Positions 1 through 13,028 of a stretch of DNA of 64,000 nt are shown one piece after another; within the stretch, counting starts at the first letter, position 1, and each line of letters begins with the position of its first letter. The notes below the pieces were generated by a model. It did no database searches and had not been told where the DNA came from. It saw only the letters and a program-made list of their open reading frames with translations. The DNA is from Lytechinus pictus (taxonomy: Eukaryota): NCBI RefSeq assembly GCF_037042905.1, contig NC_087252.1, positions 7,690,001-7,754,000 on the forward strand, in the 5' to 3' direction. A program made the position numbers and the translations under genes.

Positions 1-2481
1 GCTATATCCTGTCGATCGGCGTGCTAGCGACTGTAATACGTTTAGATTAGATGTTGATATGATATTGATGCAAAATGATAGCGCCTTCAGGGAGGGAGGG
101 AGAGGGAGGGGTTTCATCGCGGTGTTCTATTCGTTTGTTATGATTATGATAAAATGCGTCTTTAGGTTTCACTCAGTTAATAGTGTAAAGGTGTCACAAA
201 GAAACAACGCAGCACAAATATGGCGCTGTATGCACACTACAAACAAATATACACTGCAAAAACTCTGGTGTTGATTTAACACCAGCCCGGAATCTATATA
301 TGTCCACACCAGAGAAGTGTTAAACAACACCAGTTTTGTTTTGGTCTAACACCAGAAAGATTTTATACAACACCAATTAGTATTAAAACAGCATCGGTTT
401 GATTCCAAACTGGTTTTGATGTTTCAATACTTCTCTGGTGTGGCCATATATAGATTCCGGGCTAGAGTTGAATCATAGAGCTATTAACTCCCGGTGGTTG
501 AATCAACACCGGAGTTTTTGCAGTGTACAGTAGGCCTCCTTATGTGCAGATATAAATACATTTAGATGTTCATAATATGATTTTGATGTAAAATGATAGC
601 GCCATTAAGATTTTGGACCATTTTAGGAAGGATGGGAGGGGGCTGTGATCTACATGGTGTTATATTCGTTTGTTTGTGATTATGATAAAATGCGTCTTTA
701 AAGGAATGGTCCGGGCTGAAAGTATTTATAACTTAATAAATAGAGTAGAATTCACTGAGCAAAATGCCGAAAATTTCATCAAAATCGGATAACAAATAAC
801 AAAGTTATTGACTTTTAAAGTTTAGCAATATTTTGTGAAAACAGTCGTCATGAATATTCATTAGGTGGGCTGATGATATCACATCCCCACTTGTTCTTTT
901 GTATTTTATTGATATCAGGTTTATTCAAATTTTTCCTCCAAAAACTAGAAAAAAATGGTTTGATAACTGATTTAGTGCATTAGAATTTATTGTTGCAACT
1001 TATTTCATTATAAGGGAGACATATTATTTACACAAGTATGAAATAATGAAAAAAATATGATTTTATGTAATAACATAAGAAAACGGAAAGTGGAGATTAA
1101 ACATTAAATTTACCAACTGTCTCACTCAGTATAGCCGACAACTTTCATTGATTATACTGAAAAGCACAGTTAAAACAGAATTTGGACATATTTATGTTCG
1201 GATAAAACTGCCGACGTGTCCTTTCATGAAACGCTCCCCTGCTGGTAATAAGTTTTTCTTCCCCTTTTTTTTTTAAGTGGGGAAGGGGTTGAAGCTCTCC
1301 TTCTCTTTCCGTGTCCCCTGAAATATATTTTCGATCACAGCTAGGTCAATACAGTAGAGGCCGAGTATAATATACAGACATAGGGCTATATCCTGTCGAT
1401 CGGCGTGCTAGCGACTGTAATACGTTTAGATTAGATGTTGATATGATATTGATGCAAAATGATAGCGCCTTCAGGGAGGGAGGGAGAGGGAGGGGTTTCA
1501 TCGCGGTGTTCTATTCGTTTGTTATGATTATGATAAAATGCGTCTTTAGGTTTCACTCAGTTAATAGTGTAAAGGTGTCACAAAGAAACAACGCAGCACA
1601 AATATGGCGCTGTATGCACACTACAAACAAATATACACTGCAAAAACTCTGGTGTTGATTTAACACCAGCCCGGAATCTATATATGTCCACACCAGAGAA
1701 GTGTTAAACAACACCAGTTTTGTTTTGGTCTAACACCAGAAAGATTTTATACAACACCAATTAGTATTAAAACAGCATCGGTTTGATTCCAAACTGGTTT
1801 TGATGTTTCAATACTTCTCTGGTGTGGCCATATATAGATTCCGGGCTAGAGTTGAATCATAGAGCTATTAACTCCCGGTGGTTGAATCAACACCGGAGTT
1901 TTTGCAGTGTACAGTAGGCCTCCTTATGTGCAGATATAAATACATTTAGATGTTCATAATATGATTTTGATGTAAAATGATAGCGCCATTAAGATTTTGG
2001 ACCATTTTAGGAAGGATGGGAGGGGGCTGTGATCTACATGGTGTTATATTCGTTTGTTTGTGATTATGATAAAATGCGTCTTTAAAGGAATGGTCCGGGC
2101 TGAAAGTATTTATAACTTAATAAATAGAGTAGAATTCACTGAGCAAAATGCCGAAAATTTCATCAAAATCGGATAACAAATAACAAAGTTATTGACTTTT
2201 AAAGTTTAGCAATATTTTGTGAAAACAGTCGTCATGAATATTCATTAGGTGGGCTGATGATATCACATCCCCACTTGTTCTTTTGTATTTTATTGATATC
2301 AGGTTTATTCAAATTTTTCCTCCAAAAACTAGAAAAAAATGGTTTGATAACTGATTTAGTGCATTAGAATTTATTGTTGCAACTTATTTCATTATAAGGG
2401 AGACATATTATTTACACAAGTATGAAATAATGAAAAAAATATGATTTTATGTAATAACATAAGAAAACGGAAAGTGGAGAT
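1..2481. repeat. Near-perfect tandem duplication, period 1384 bp
   Basis: 1-1097 reads the same as 1385-2481, including identical 71-aa spurious ORFs at 59 and 1443; the first copy breaks off inside a MITE at 1097. Confidence 0.95.
252..525. mobile_element. CACTA/EnSpm-type MITE (duplicate copy at 1636-1909)
   Basis: TIRs CACTGCAAAAACTC...GAGTTTTTGCAGTG with TA on both sides; an empty-site paralog lies at about 2720-2780. Confidence 0.8.
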
Positions 2482-2662
2482 GTGACATCATCAGCCCACC
2501 TAATGAATATTCATGACGACTGTTTTCACAAAATATTGCTAAACTTTAAACTTCAATAACTTTATTACTTGTTATCCGATTTTGATGAAATTTTCGGCAT
2601 TTTGCTCATTGAAGTCTACTCTATGTATTAAGATATATATATTTTCAGCCCGGACCATCCCT
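2086..2662. mobile_element. Kolobok-type non-autonomous DNA transposon (truncated copy at 702-1097)
   Basis: TTAA on both sides; termini AGGAATGGTCCGGGCTGAAA...TTTCAGCCCGGACCATCCCT; long internal inverted arms. TTAA with AG...CT ends fits Kolobok rather than CC-ended piggyBac. Confidence 0.8.
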
Positions 2663-3336
2663 TTAAGTTTCACCCAGTTATAATAGTATAAAAGTGTCAC
2701 ACAAATATGGCGCTGTATAGACACTACAAACAAAACTCAACTATATATACAGTAGACCTCCTTATGTGCATATATAAATACTTGAGTCAGGCATATTGTG
2801 TACAAAGATTCTACTGGAGCTATTGTAAAATAATTAAACTTTAAATAGCAAGCACAGACCAACTCCCATCTCTGCATGAGACTGAATTGCGGAGTGTCGA
2901 AGATCTTAAATAGCGCCATCTCTATTGGCTTATGTATGACCGTACGCAGATTTTTTTTTCGCAGGGGGGGGGGGGCATCGCATGCACAAACTTTTCCGGA
3001 AAAAAAATCGAAAGCGAGGGAGCAAAGCGACCCAGCTTGTCATTGGGCGTATTCGCATTTAGTCAAGTGAAATTGAAGGATTTGGTGCATACTTTTGATG
3101 AACTTTGTGAAAATTTTTAAGTAATAAAATGAAGTTTTTTTCAAAATTACTGGGGGCTGGTGCTATTGCCCCCTGCCCCCCTGCTGTGTACGGCCATGGG
3201 CTCATGGTCATTGTTATCTGAACGGCAATCACTCTTATCAATTTTAAACACGTTCAACTGTTTAATTTCTTCCAGTGAATATGATGTCATTGACATCTGT
3301 AACCATGGAGGGAGACATACCTCCAATGCTGTAATC

Positions 3337-3892
3337 CCGGGGGGGGGGGGGTACTCGACCCAAAAAGTGGTAGGGGTGTGCCGCGGGCGAGACAAAAAAC
3401 GGGGGCCTTGGAGCGGGCTTATTGTAAAAACTAAAAAGGAGGGTCCTCGGAACGGGCTTTGGAGCTACAAATGTTTGTGAAAACGGGGGTCCTTGGAACG
3501 GTCGCCAGCGTGTGAGTGCGTATGCATCCCTATGGAACGGGCATGTACAGTGCGTGATGCAGCTAGCGCGGCCTTCGCCGGGTGCGCTCGCGCAGAGGCG
3601 ATGGTCGGACAGAGCTCTGCGGCCGCTTTTTACCAAAATTGCAGCTCCTTGTAGCGTATCAATGCGACCGGAACGGCGTAACGAAATATATGCGAAGCTC
3701 TGGAGCGGATTTCTTTCTTCTTTTTTCTCGATAAGAAGAAAATGCTATGCTTTAATTGGAGCGGATTTCTTTGTTCTTTTTCTCAATAAGACAAAAATGC
3801 TATGCTTTGGAACGGAAATTTGAGTGTAAAAATGGGGGTCCCCTCCGCGGCACATACCCACTATGCATTATATACTGAGTGCCCCCCCCCGG
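3337..3892. mobile_element. Non-autonomous DNA transposon with CCGGGGGG termini and 9-bp TSD (superfamily unassigned)
   Basis: GCTGTAATC repeated at 3328-3336 and 3893-3901; ends CCGGGGGG...TACTC and GAGTGCCCCCCCCCGG. Confidence 0.75.
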
Positions 3893-5846
3893 GCTGTAAT
3901 CAATCAATATAACAAAATATGAGTAGTACAAAGTTTAATTTGACAATAAATAGAGAAATAAAATTACATTTTCTATAAATATAGGTCCATTATATAGAAA
4001 AGGTGATATACCTGAAAATGTTAGGTCTAGCTAAAATACGAAAGAATCCTTAAATAATTGGTCTACCTCTTCCAAATGAGTACTAGGGGTGGGGGATGCC
4101 CGGGGGAGGACAGTCAAATATATTGCTGTACACATGCGTGACCCCCCCCCCAAAAAAAAAAAAAAAAAAAAAAAAAAAACGCGTTTAAAGGTTTGTATTA
4201 GTTTTCATGGTATAAAAAACACAGATTTTCAAGAAAAAGGGTGGTTTTGAAAGAATATGGTCAATGGTTAATCGCGGGGTCAAACGTATTTAGGGTATGT
4301 TTTTTCCACAGCTTATTTTAAAGACTAGTCAAACGTGTATAGGGAATTTTTTTTCCACAAGCTTAGTTTTCCCCGATGTCATATGGCGACAACTTGTATA
4401 GGGGGCCAAATTGTGTAAATAAAGCCCGCGAAAACTTGTTTAGGGGGTTATTTTGCACAAAGAGGAAAAAACTCGTTCCCTTCCTTCCTTCTTTCTCTCT
4501 CTCTCTCTTTCCTTCTTTCTTTCCTTTTCTCTTTTCTCCCGCTCCACTTTCATCTCCCCTCTCTCTTTCCCCTGATTCTCTCCTCCCTCCCTCTCGCCCC
4601 CCTCCTCTCACTTTCATATCTTCCCCAAATCTGAATCCTCTCGATCTTCGATCTTCAGCGCTCCTTTCTCTTCTAAACAATCAAAATTTCTGGATCATCA
4701 AGGGATCAATTGTGAAGCAATATTAACAGCTTGTTCAAGAAACACAACACGGACCGCGGAACGATTTTTAAAGTGAAGGGGTGAACAATTTGTAATTTTC
4801 ACGTTTTTGTACAAGTTTGCAAAAAAAAAGTGGGGGGACTGATTCAGTACCACCCACTCCCACATCTCCCGTACAGAGTAAATAAGAAGACGAGTACATT
4901 TTTCAAAATTTATTTATCATTTTCACTTTGAACACGTTCTTGAACATGATAATGCAATAGGTCAAACTGAGAAACAAGAAACTCACAAAAATTCTTTGTC
5001 AAAGAAGTCGAAACTCTATGATCGTTTCAAGTTTACACCCATGATATTTCCAACTTCGTGTTTTTATTCAATTTAATTACGACTAAAGTTTGCCCTTTGC
5101 ACTGTGATTCAAACATGAGTGAAGATTCTTGTACATGGCAAAGTTCTATAAAAACTTAATATATATTTGAAACATGTCCTTATTGCCATTGAAAAGTTTG
5201 CCCTGATCCCACTGATCCTAGCTTATCAGCTTATTTTCCAAAGCGATGCATTATTGCCTGAGAGCGGAAGAGCTTTTGAGGCAATAGTAGTACTAGAATT
5301 TGAACAAAAGCAGATTGATTTTGATTTTCAAATCGAATGAAGAAAGTGAAAAACACTGCTATTTGCAATCCCTATTCTGTTGTAGTAGTTTGAAGGTTTC
5401 GTTACTAATTAGTAATTAATGATTATAGCTTTAATATCGAAGTTATCGACTAGTGCCGCGTCGCACTGATACAACAGGATTATAGAAACATGGCAAGGCA
5501 TTTGCAAACTTCTTACTCGTATTTTATGTCTCGATAGGATGGATGAATATATACCAAGAGGTAGTTTGGTCATGTTTTATAGAAGGCTGGAATGACGCAC
5601 ATCATACTGATCGATCTAAACGTTTGAAAACTTAGTTTTTTTTATTTACACGTTTACCGTACCGCGCGGCGTAACTGCATGGAGCCCCACCACCTATAAT
5701 CTTCCAAGTGATGCAAGTGAGGAGAAAGCGGGGGAGAAAGTAGACAACAACTAGAAAAGGGGAATAATTGAATGGAGAGTAAGGGAGTAAGTGGGGGTGT
5801 TTTCTTTACTATACATGAATAGGGAACAGGGAGGAATAAGTCACCA

Positions 5847-6313
5847 GGGTCCAGTCTTACGAAGAGATAACAGGCGCGGATCCGGGGGGAGGGGGCAGAG
5901 GGGGCTGAAGGTGCGCTAGCCCCCTGTATGATTTAAACAAAAGAGAGAGAGACGAATAGACCTTAAATATACAACTTTTTATTTTTATTTTTTTTTTGCT
6001 TGTCAAATTTCCAACGGGTAAAATATGCCACCCCTTTTTTTAAATCTTGGATCCTGTAGCACCCCAAAAATTTCAACTCTAGATCCGCACCTGGATAAGA
6101 TTGATCCAGTCAACCTGAACTATATATGGAAATCCATCAATGTCATAATTTTTTCTACAGGAAATTCGCACAATTTAGTTTGCGAACAAGGAGAAGCACA
6201 CATAAGTTTCTAGAAAATATTTTGAACAAACATGCACTTTAGATGTTGATGTTGCAGGCTTTCCATAGTTGCAGTTGATCGGATCAATCGCAAATCTATG
6301 CAAGATGGGGCCC
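5847..6313. mobile_element. Nested MITEs: CAGGCGCGGATCC...GATCCGCACCTG element (5871-6093) inside a GGG(T/C)CC-ended MITE
   Basis: Inner inverted termini are visible; outer termini are gggtccagtcttac and caagatggggccc, with internal inverted gattgatcc/ggatcaatc. Confidence 0.55.
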
Positions 6314-6548
6314 AAGTCATAAGGCCTATACCTGTACAAAAATACTCAGATTTTTGTTTTACACTTAGAATGTAATCCATTGTCGGTTATCTTACTCTGA
6401 ACCAATCAGATGCAAGGATTTCCGTAGCTTATAACGAAAGTTAGTGAAAAATCACAGACTATTCGTCTCATGATTGCTCCCCCTCTCTACCCTCAAACTA
6501 CCCCTGAAACTCATCCATTGTCTTCCCTCCCCAAATCAAAGTCCTCTA

Positions 6549-6746
6549 TCATTTGTTAGTGGTATCCCCACTCTTGGACGGATCGCCATCGTTGTCTGAA
6601 TCGTCACTGACATCATCGCCCTCTTCAAATGCAAGTTTGGCGTCCTCGTCATCATCACATTGATCGTCGTCTGCATCGCCGTCATGCAGGGAGTCTCGGG
6701 TTAGCTTCTTCTCCTTCATCCTCCTGTTCTGGAACCAAGTCTTCAC
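6549..6746 (-). CDS. Bsx: Bsx-like homeobox gene, exon 3 (helix 3 plus acidic tail)
   Basis: Acceptor ctAG at 6748-6747; VKTWFQNRRMKEKK followed by an Asp-rich tail and TGA at 6549. The intron between Q and VKTWFQN is a common ANTP/NKL position. Confidence 0.9.
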   Translation of the reverse strand: MKTWFQNRRMKEKKLTRDSLHDGDADDDQCDDDEDAKLAFEEGDDVSDDSDNDGDPSKSGDTTNK

Positions 6747-7235
6747 CTAGATAGATAGATAATTCAGACACTGCATTATGCACCATGCGAATCGCGAAAT
6801 CCAATCCAAGTGTCTGTACCTGCTGACTATATGCGGGAGGGGGTGCTGGTTATTTCTACGGTACGACATGTAGCGCTTTGTGCAACACTTATCTGCATGA
6901 TGGACATCTTTTCATGCTTCCACATCTGTAAAAATAATTTCCGCTATTTCTTCTTTTTTAGAAAGCAAGTTCCCTGATGGGCCTATAGACGCCAATCAGC
7001 GATTTCTTTTTTTTTCACTCGCAATTTGAGGATATAGAATGGCATAAAGAATAAGGTGTGTACAGAAACAGGTGGCGACATAAAAAGATGAACGAGCAGG
7101 TAACGGTTATCTAATCTTCGCCCATGTGTTGGTCGCATTATGTGATCAAGAGGGGCATTAAATGATAAAAGAGTTCTCAGGATAATTGGATACGTCACCA
7201 AGGTGATCTTTTCAACATGGTGGCAAAATTTGATG

Positions 7236-7600
7236 GGTTTATTTCGTCTCATTACCAACTCGTCTCAAATCATATGGTCTATCATGTGTCCGTCCACTAT
7301 CCAGATGGTCTAATTGCCATGTCGTCCACTCACCATTTCGTCTAATAACAGTTGGTCCAATAGCCATTTTCGTCCACATAACATTTGGTCTAATTGGATT
7401 TAGTGAATAATTGGGCGAAATGAATGAAAGGGAAATGGGTATGAGACCAAATGGTGCATGATTAGACGAAATGGTCATAGACGAACTAGTGATTGGACGA
7501 AGTGATGAGTAGACCAAATGGTTGTTAGACGAAATATTGATGAACGGATCATGGCATTAAATTAAAGACGAGTTGGCAATAGACGAAAATATAATTTACC
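7236..7600. repeat. Dispersed foldback-like repeat (related copies at about 11685-11900 and 60014-60320)
   Basis: Shared CAACTCGTCT, TTGGTCTAA, GACCAAATGGTTGTTAGACGAAAT and GCAATTTACC motifs in inverted arrangement. Confidence 0.65.
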
Positions 7601-7991
7601 CTTTGATTATCCCTCCATGTACACGCCAAAAACCGCAGAAAGGACATTCGTTATTTCAGTCAGCAATAGGGAATTTGCTGACAAATTGTCTGGTATATTA
7701 TCCGACATTACAATCCTCATTTTTTTAAAAAGGCTGTTTTATGCGAAAATCATCTTTCCATGGGAATGTATATTCAGTTAAAACACACACAAAAAAAATA
7801 ACCCCCAAAAGGAAACAAATAACATAATGGGGGCGGGGCACATACGATACCATTTGACAAGGGGGCGGCATGCACGCCCTCACCTCTTGCATGTGCTTGA
7901 GCATAATCGCTGTTGGGGTGCCCCCATCCCCGGAAAGCGAGCTAGGGGGGCGTGACGGCGTCTGAGTGTGAGATTTAAGAAAAAAAGTTAC

Positions 7992-8188
7992 CTGTGCCTC
8001 TGTAAGAAATAGAACATTGGCCAGTTCAACTCGCTCATGGGTAGATAGATATTGTTGGTGGACGAAGCGCTCTTCCAGGCCCCGAATCTGGTAATCAGTG
8101 AACACGGTGCGGGCCTTACGACGTCGACAATAGCGCAACGACGAGTAGTGGTGGTCGGGCTCGAATGGGGAGGGTATGCTGTAGCCCG
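7992..8188 (-). CDS. Bsx: Bsx-like homeobox gene, exon 2 (homeodomain helices 1-2)
   Basis: Acceptor ctcttccAG at 8190-8189 and donor CAG|GTAAC at 7992/7991; 197 nt, phase 1 to 0. Encodes ...YCRRRKARTVFTDYQIRGLEERFVHQQYLSTHERVELANVLFLTEAQ. CRRRKARTVF and YLSTxERVELA are characteristic of Bsx/bsh. Confidence 0.9.
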
Positions 8189-8417
8189 CTGGAAGAGGTC
8201 AGAGGGGGGGAAATGATTTAAATTAAATAGTTATTGGTATATTTAGAAACATTATTATTCATCTTATACTTACTGCCCATATTTTGTAAAAATTATTAAT
8301 AATTTGATTCGTGACAAACACACAACCCGATTGGCGTTTGGCAAATTGACTTAAATCAGAAATGAATCATGAATAAAGAACCAAGCGAGTATGCTATTTT
8401 AATCGAATAATATAGAA

Positions 8418-9271
8418 GTATAAAGTGTGCATATATTAATAGTTCATAAAGCTGAAAAAAATAAAATATGAAAAAGAAAACAATTTTGTGAAGACGGTGA
8501 CGGATGGGCGCGAACCAATTTTGTTTAATGTATAGGTCCCTTTATCAATGAAAGCTATACTTATATTTTCACCATGTTTCTTCCTTTCTATCAATCCTTG
8601 TATCTTTCAATATTTTTTCCTTGTTTTTTTTCTTTCTCTCTTTAATTTATCTTATCTACCCAGGCACCCCCCCCCCCACAGTCACTTGAACAAAAAAAAA
8701 AAGAAATAAAAAAGAAATAAAAAAGAAAGACACGATGTAAATGAAGGGGCTAATACCCTATTCTCCCCCCTCACTCCCCTCCCTCCTCTCTCACTCTCTC
8801 TCTCTCCCTCTCTCTCACTTACACTCCCTTCCCATCCGAAGGTAAAACCATTGAGTTGTAGATATAAAATAAAACCTCTCCAATACCAAAAATCGGGTAT
8901 AAACTGTGCATATATTAATAGTTCATAAAGCTGAAAAAAATAAAATATGAAAAAGAAAACAATTTTGTGAAGACGGTGGCGGATGGGCGCGAACCAATTT
9001 TTTTTTATGTATAGAACCCTTTATCAATGAAAGCTATACTTATATTTTCACCATGTTTCTTCCTTTCTATCAATCCTTGTATCTTTCAATATTTTTTCCT
9101 TGTTATTTTTCTTTCTCTCTTTAATTTATCTTATCTACCCAGGCACTCCCCCCCCCCCCACAGTCACTTGAACAAAAAAAAAAAAGAAATAAAAAAGAAA
9201 GACACGATGTAAATGAAGGGGCTAATACCATATTCTCTCTCCCCTCACTCCCTTCCCTCCTCTCACTCTCT

Positions 9272-9306
<35 letters not shown>

Positions 9307-9399
9307 CCCTCTCTCTCACTTACACTCCCTTACCCATCCGAAGGTAAAACCATTGAGTTGTAGAAATAAAATAAAACCTCTCCAATACCAAAAATCGGG
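8418..9399. repeat. Tandem duplication of about 480 bp in Bsx intron 1
   Basis: 8418-8896 matches 8897-9399, differing mainly in microsatellite lengths. Confidence 0.9.
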
Positions 9400-10106
9400 A
9401 CAAATGATCGGAAGAAATAACTGCAGAGCCAAAAGGTCAATGGCTTCAAACAAATAAAACTAACAAGATTAGGATATACTGTTATAAATAAATACAATCG
9501 ATTTCACATCCACCTCCTTCACCCGAATAAAATAAAGATAATTGATGAGTCGAGTGAATTTTATTGAAGTGCATGCGAGCTGTCGTTTTCTCCAAACACT
9601 CTTGATATTCTCATAAGACTGTTAATCGCTTTGGCAACCCCAGCATTGTTGATAATCAATGAATTCTTTGTAAAGGGCACCCGATTACGGGATAAGGGCC
9701 CCCGTCTTGGGGGCATACAGCGGGCGCAGGACGGTGAGACCGTTATGCTTGCTCGACCAGAAAGTTTTAACTAGTTAACAATGACAGATTAAGGGATTAT
9801 CGGCGGATAATCCAATTTGACGTTTAGGGAATATTGATTCAATGTCAAGGAATTACAAGAGATCCAGGGTCGGACGAAGAAGCGCGAAGAAAAAGAGGGG
9901 AAATGGAAAACTGTCAATTATTGATGACGATAAAACAGCACCCGGAAGTAAAGAAAATGAGAGTCATAGTTCAACGGTTATAAAAAGGAGGGGCGGGGGC
10001 GTCACCCCCTGTACTGGGAATTCATTAATTTGAATATTGTGGAGGGTGTATGCTGTACTTCATAGAATAAGATCACATTGCTTTCTGTGTAATAACTGAA
10101 ATTTAA

Positions 10107-10705
10107 TGAAGAATGAAACATTTGGAACAAGATAGCTTGTGTGAAAACAGATAAATAAAAGAAACAGATCAACGAAAGTTTGAGAAAAATCTGACAAATA
10201 ATGAGAAGGTTATGAGCACTTGAATATTGCGATCACTAATGCTATGAAAATCCTTATATTGGCAATGCGATAAAGATGTGTTACTGTTATGTCACTTGTG
10301 AACAACTCTCCCCATTACTTTAGTATATATTTCACTTAAACTGTCTCTTTTATCACATTTATCAATAGATCATGTGTTCTTCCAATAGGAGGGCATGCAA
10401 TACAGATTTTCAAATAATAGTATAATACATCATGGATAAAGAGTTTGTATCACCATAAGAAAAAGCATAAAGAGACATTTTGGGGGTATTTTATAGTCCA
10501 TCAAATGGAAAGTTGTTCAGACGTGACATCACACATCCTTGTTGCATTGCCAATAGGAGGATCTCCATGGCATTAGTGATTGCAATATTCAAATGCTCAT
10601 AACTTTCTCATTATTTGTCCGATTTTTCTCAAACTTCCTTTGTTCTTATTCTTTGATTTTTCTGTTTCGACACAAGCCTACATGTTCCAAATGTTTCATT
10701 TCCCT
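10107..10705. mobile_element. Kolobok-type MITE, second family
   Basis: TTAA flanks; inverted arms AATGAAACATTTGGAACA...TGTTCCAAATGTTTCATT extending about 200 bp. Confidence 0.7.
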
Positions 10706-10748
10706 TTAAACTCCATAAATTGAAATTATAATCGAAATCGGAACTTAA

Positions 10749-11143
10749 AGGTAAATGCCAGTTTTGGTAACGATATCAAAATGAGTTCGTACAGAATCCA
10801 ATAAAATGACCACCAAAGTGTCTGTTTGTATAAATAAAACATATGTGCCAAAGGATTCTGGAAGAAATTGTGTAATTGCTGAGAAATCAGCAAATAAGCA
10901 CAGGATTCGGGTAGGGCGTCGTGCCCGACGCTCAAAGCAATAATAATACACTGCCCCACATGCGCTTATCTGTGTTGGTGATCTTCAGCGTGAACATTTT
11001 TCAGCGTAGATTTCAAGATTTCACAAAGTTCGGTTAATGTAACTGTACCAGATCTAGATCCTCGATGATATACTGACAATTAAGCCTTGTTTTACAGATT
11101 TTCTCATGAAATCAGTGTTTACTGCAAATACTGGAATTTCTCT
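10749..11143. mobile_element. Kolobok-type MITE, third family
   Basis: TTAA|AGGTAAATGCCAGT ... ACTGGAATTTCTCT|TTAA; imperfect short TIR. Confidence 0.6.
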
Positions 11144-12337
11144 TTAATTATGATTATAATGCATTCTAAAGTTTTGCTTCTCAGCTTATTATTCCTCAGG
11201 ACCCAGCGAACATTTCAAATTATAGGCCGACCAGTAGCCATATATGCAGCCCTTAAAAAAATTCTTTGCTAATCTATCTTTTTTTTTCAGTTGGCTTTCA
11301 ACTATTTTAATACATTTCATTTCTTCAATTTATCATTTTTTTCGATATTACTGATTTAGAATGTTGCTTGCCTATTTGTATTTAGGACCTATATAATTCG
11401 TACGTTAAACCAAGGAGATATCTCCTTGGTTAAACGCTGTATATGACATTAAATGAAACGAGACAGGGCAACATTCTAAGTTTAATTTCAACTTAGAGCA
11501 TTAAAAAGCTCCGGAAAATGGATCAATGAAAGATGATAAAAAAGAAAAATATTATGATCTAACTACGGACGAAACTACTTGATGAATAAATGAGAAAAAT
11601 ACATTAGTGAATAAATTGGTAGATAAACAGGTGATTAATCAAAGAAACTAAAAAGTAACGGCAATTGAAAATTAATTTTAGTTAGACCAATTGCCATTTA
11701 GTTCATATACCATTTGGTCTAATGGACTAAGTGTTAATTGGGCGAAATGAATGAATGTAATGTGGGCATTATACCAACTGGTTACGAGACTCGAAATGGT
11801 TATCTAGACAAACTGGTAATTAGACAAAGTGATGATTGGACCAATGTTGGACCAAATGGTTGTTAGAGTACTTAGATTCATAGACGAAATGTTGATGGAT
11901 ATTTGTTTATGTATTAACTCAATCTGTTTGTCTTGGGCAATATTATGTTAATGGTCTTAAAAATTGAGGATACTGAAGCCCCCCAAAAGACAAAAAATAA
12001 AATAAAGGTCGGGGGGGGGGGGGGGGGCGCAGAACCCCCTTACTGGAAATTCGTTTGGTATACACAGCAGAGTCACATTTCACTTTTGGGGATGGGTTTG
12101 ACAAAATTTACATTTTTCGTTCTGTCTTTCTTTCTTTTTTTGGCTTGTCAATTTTATTTGGAGAAAATTCACCTCCATATTTGGGAATGAAAACTTTGTT
12201 TGTTTTTTGCTCTTTTCATGACAAACTATCATCCCTCTTTGAAAATTGTTTCCAGGCACCTGATTATGCAATTGTAACAAATAATATATCAAGTACATCA
12301 TCATCCAGAATTCCAACAATATATAAAAGTGACTTAC

Positions 12338-13028
12338 CGGGCGTTAACAAGAAATATGGTTGATCATTCATCATCTGTCCTGCACATAGGCAGTTGAAGG
12401 GGTGCATCCTCCCGGGCATCGCCGGGCCGAAGGATGGGTGGATGCCGTTCTCTGGTACTGGATGATGGGTCGGAAAGTGTTGCGGATGATATAACGAAGA
12501 AGCCGCTGCAAGACGTTGCTGGTAAAGTTGTTGGTGTTGTTGCCAGAGTAAAGTGTCGTACCACTTATCAGCGGGCATAAGATCGGCACTCGACTCATCG
12601 GCTCCGTCTGTGTTATCTGAATTGTTCCTCATTCGTTTATTCCCTCCCGGAGCTTGAGCTCGAGGAGTAAGAGATGGTCGACCGGTCGGTGTGGTTATTT
12701 CGGCCGGTTCCGTCGGCCCAGCAGAGACATGAACTGCATCAGTGGAATGGCAAGCCGGTGACAGTATCTTCTCTATAGAGAATGCGGCATTGGAAGATGC
12801 CTTCCCGTTGCCATGGTTACCAGGTGGTTTCTCCAAAGGTTGACTAATCTTCGTCATGTTGCGGCCCATCATTCCGCTGGTCAGTTCGGCATCACCCTCT
12901 GTCTTTCGCCTTTTGTGTGACGCGGTTACACCCGGGCTTACCAACTCGGAGTTTTGTGCTATAAATCCTGGAGTTCTCTCATTTCGTAGGTTCTCGATAT
13001 TTTTCACACAGTCTGTCTGGCCCGGCAT
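12338..13028 (-). CDS. Bsx: Bsx-like homeobox gene, coding exon 1 (eh1-like FSIEKIL motif; PYFLLT motif)
   Basis: ATG at 13028 (MPGQTDC...), open to donor CCG|GTAAGT at 12338/12337; 691 nt, phase 1. FSIEKIL resembles the eh1 Groucho-binding motif and PYFL(L)T resembles the pre-homeodomain motif of Bsx proteins. The start codon choice is inferred. Confidence 0.8.

Noticed and set aside
59..274. Duplicated 71-aa ORF (also 1443-1658)
   Set aside because: It runs into a MITE terminus, has no recognisable motif, and its identity is due to the tandem duplication
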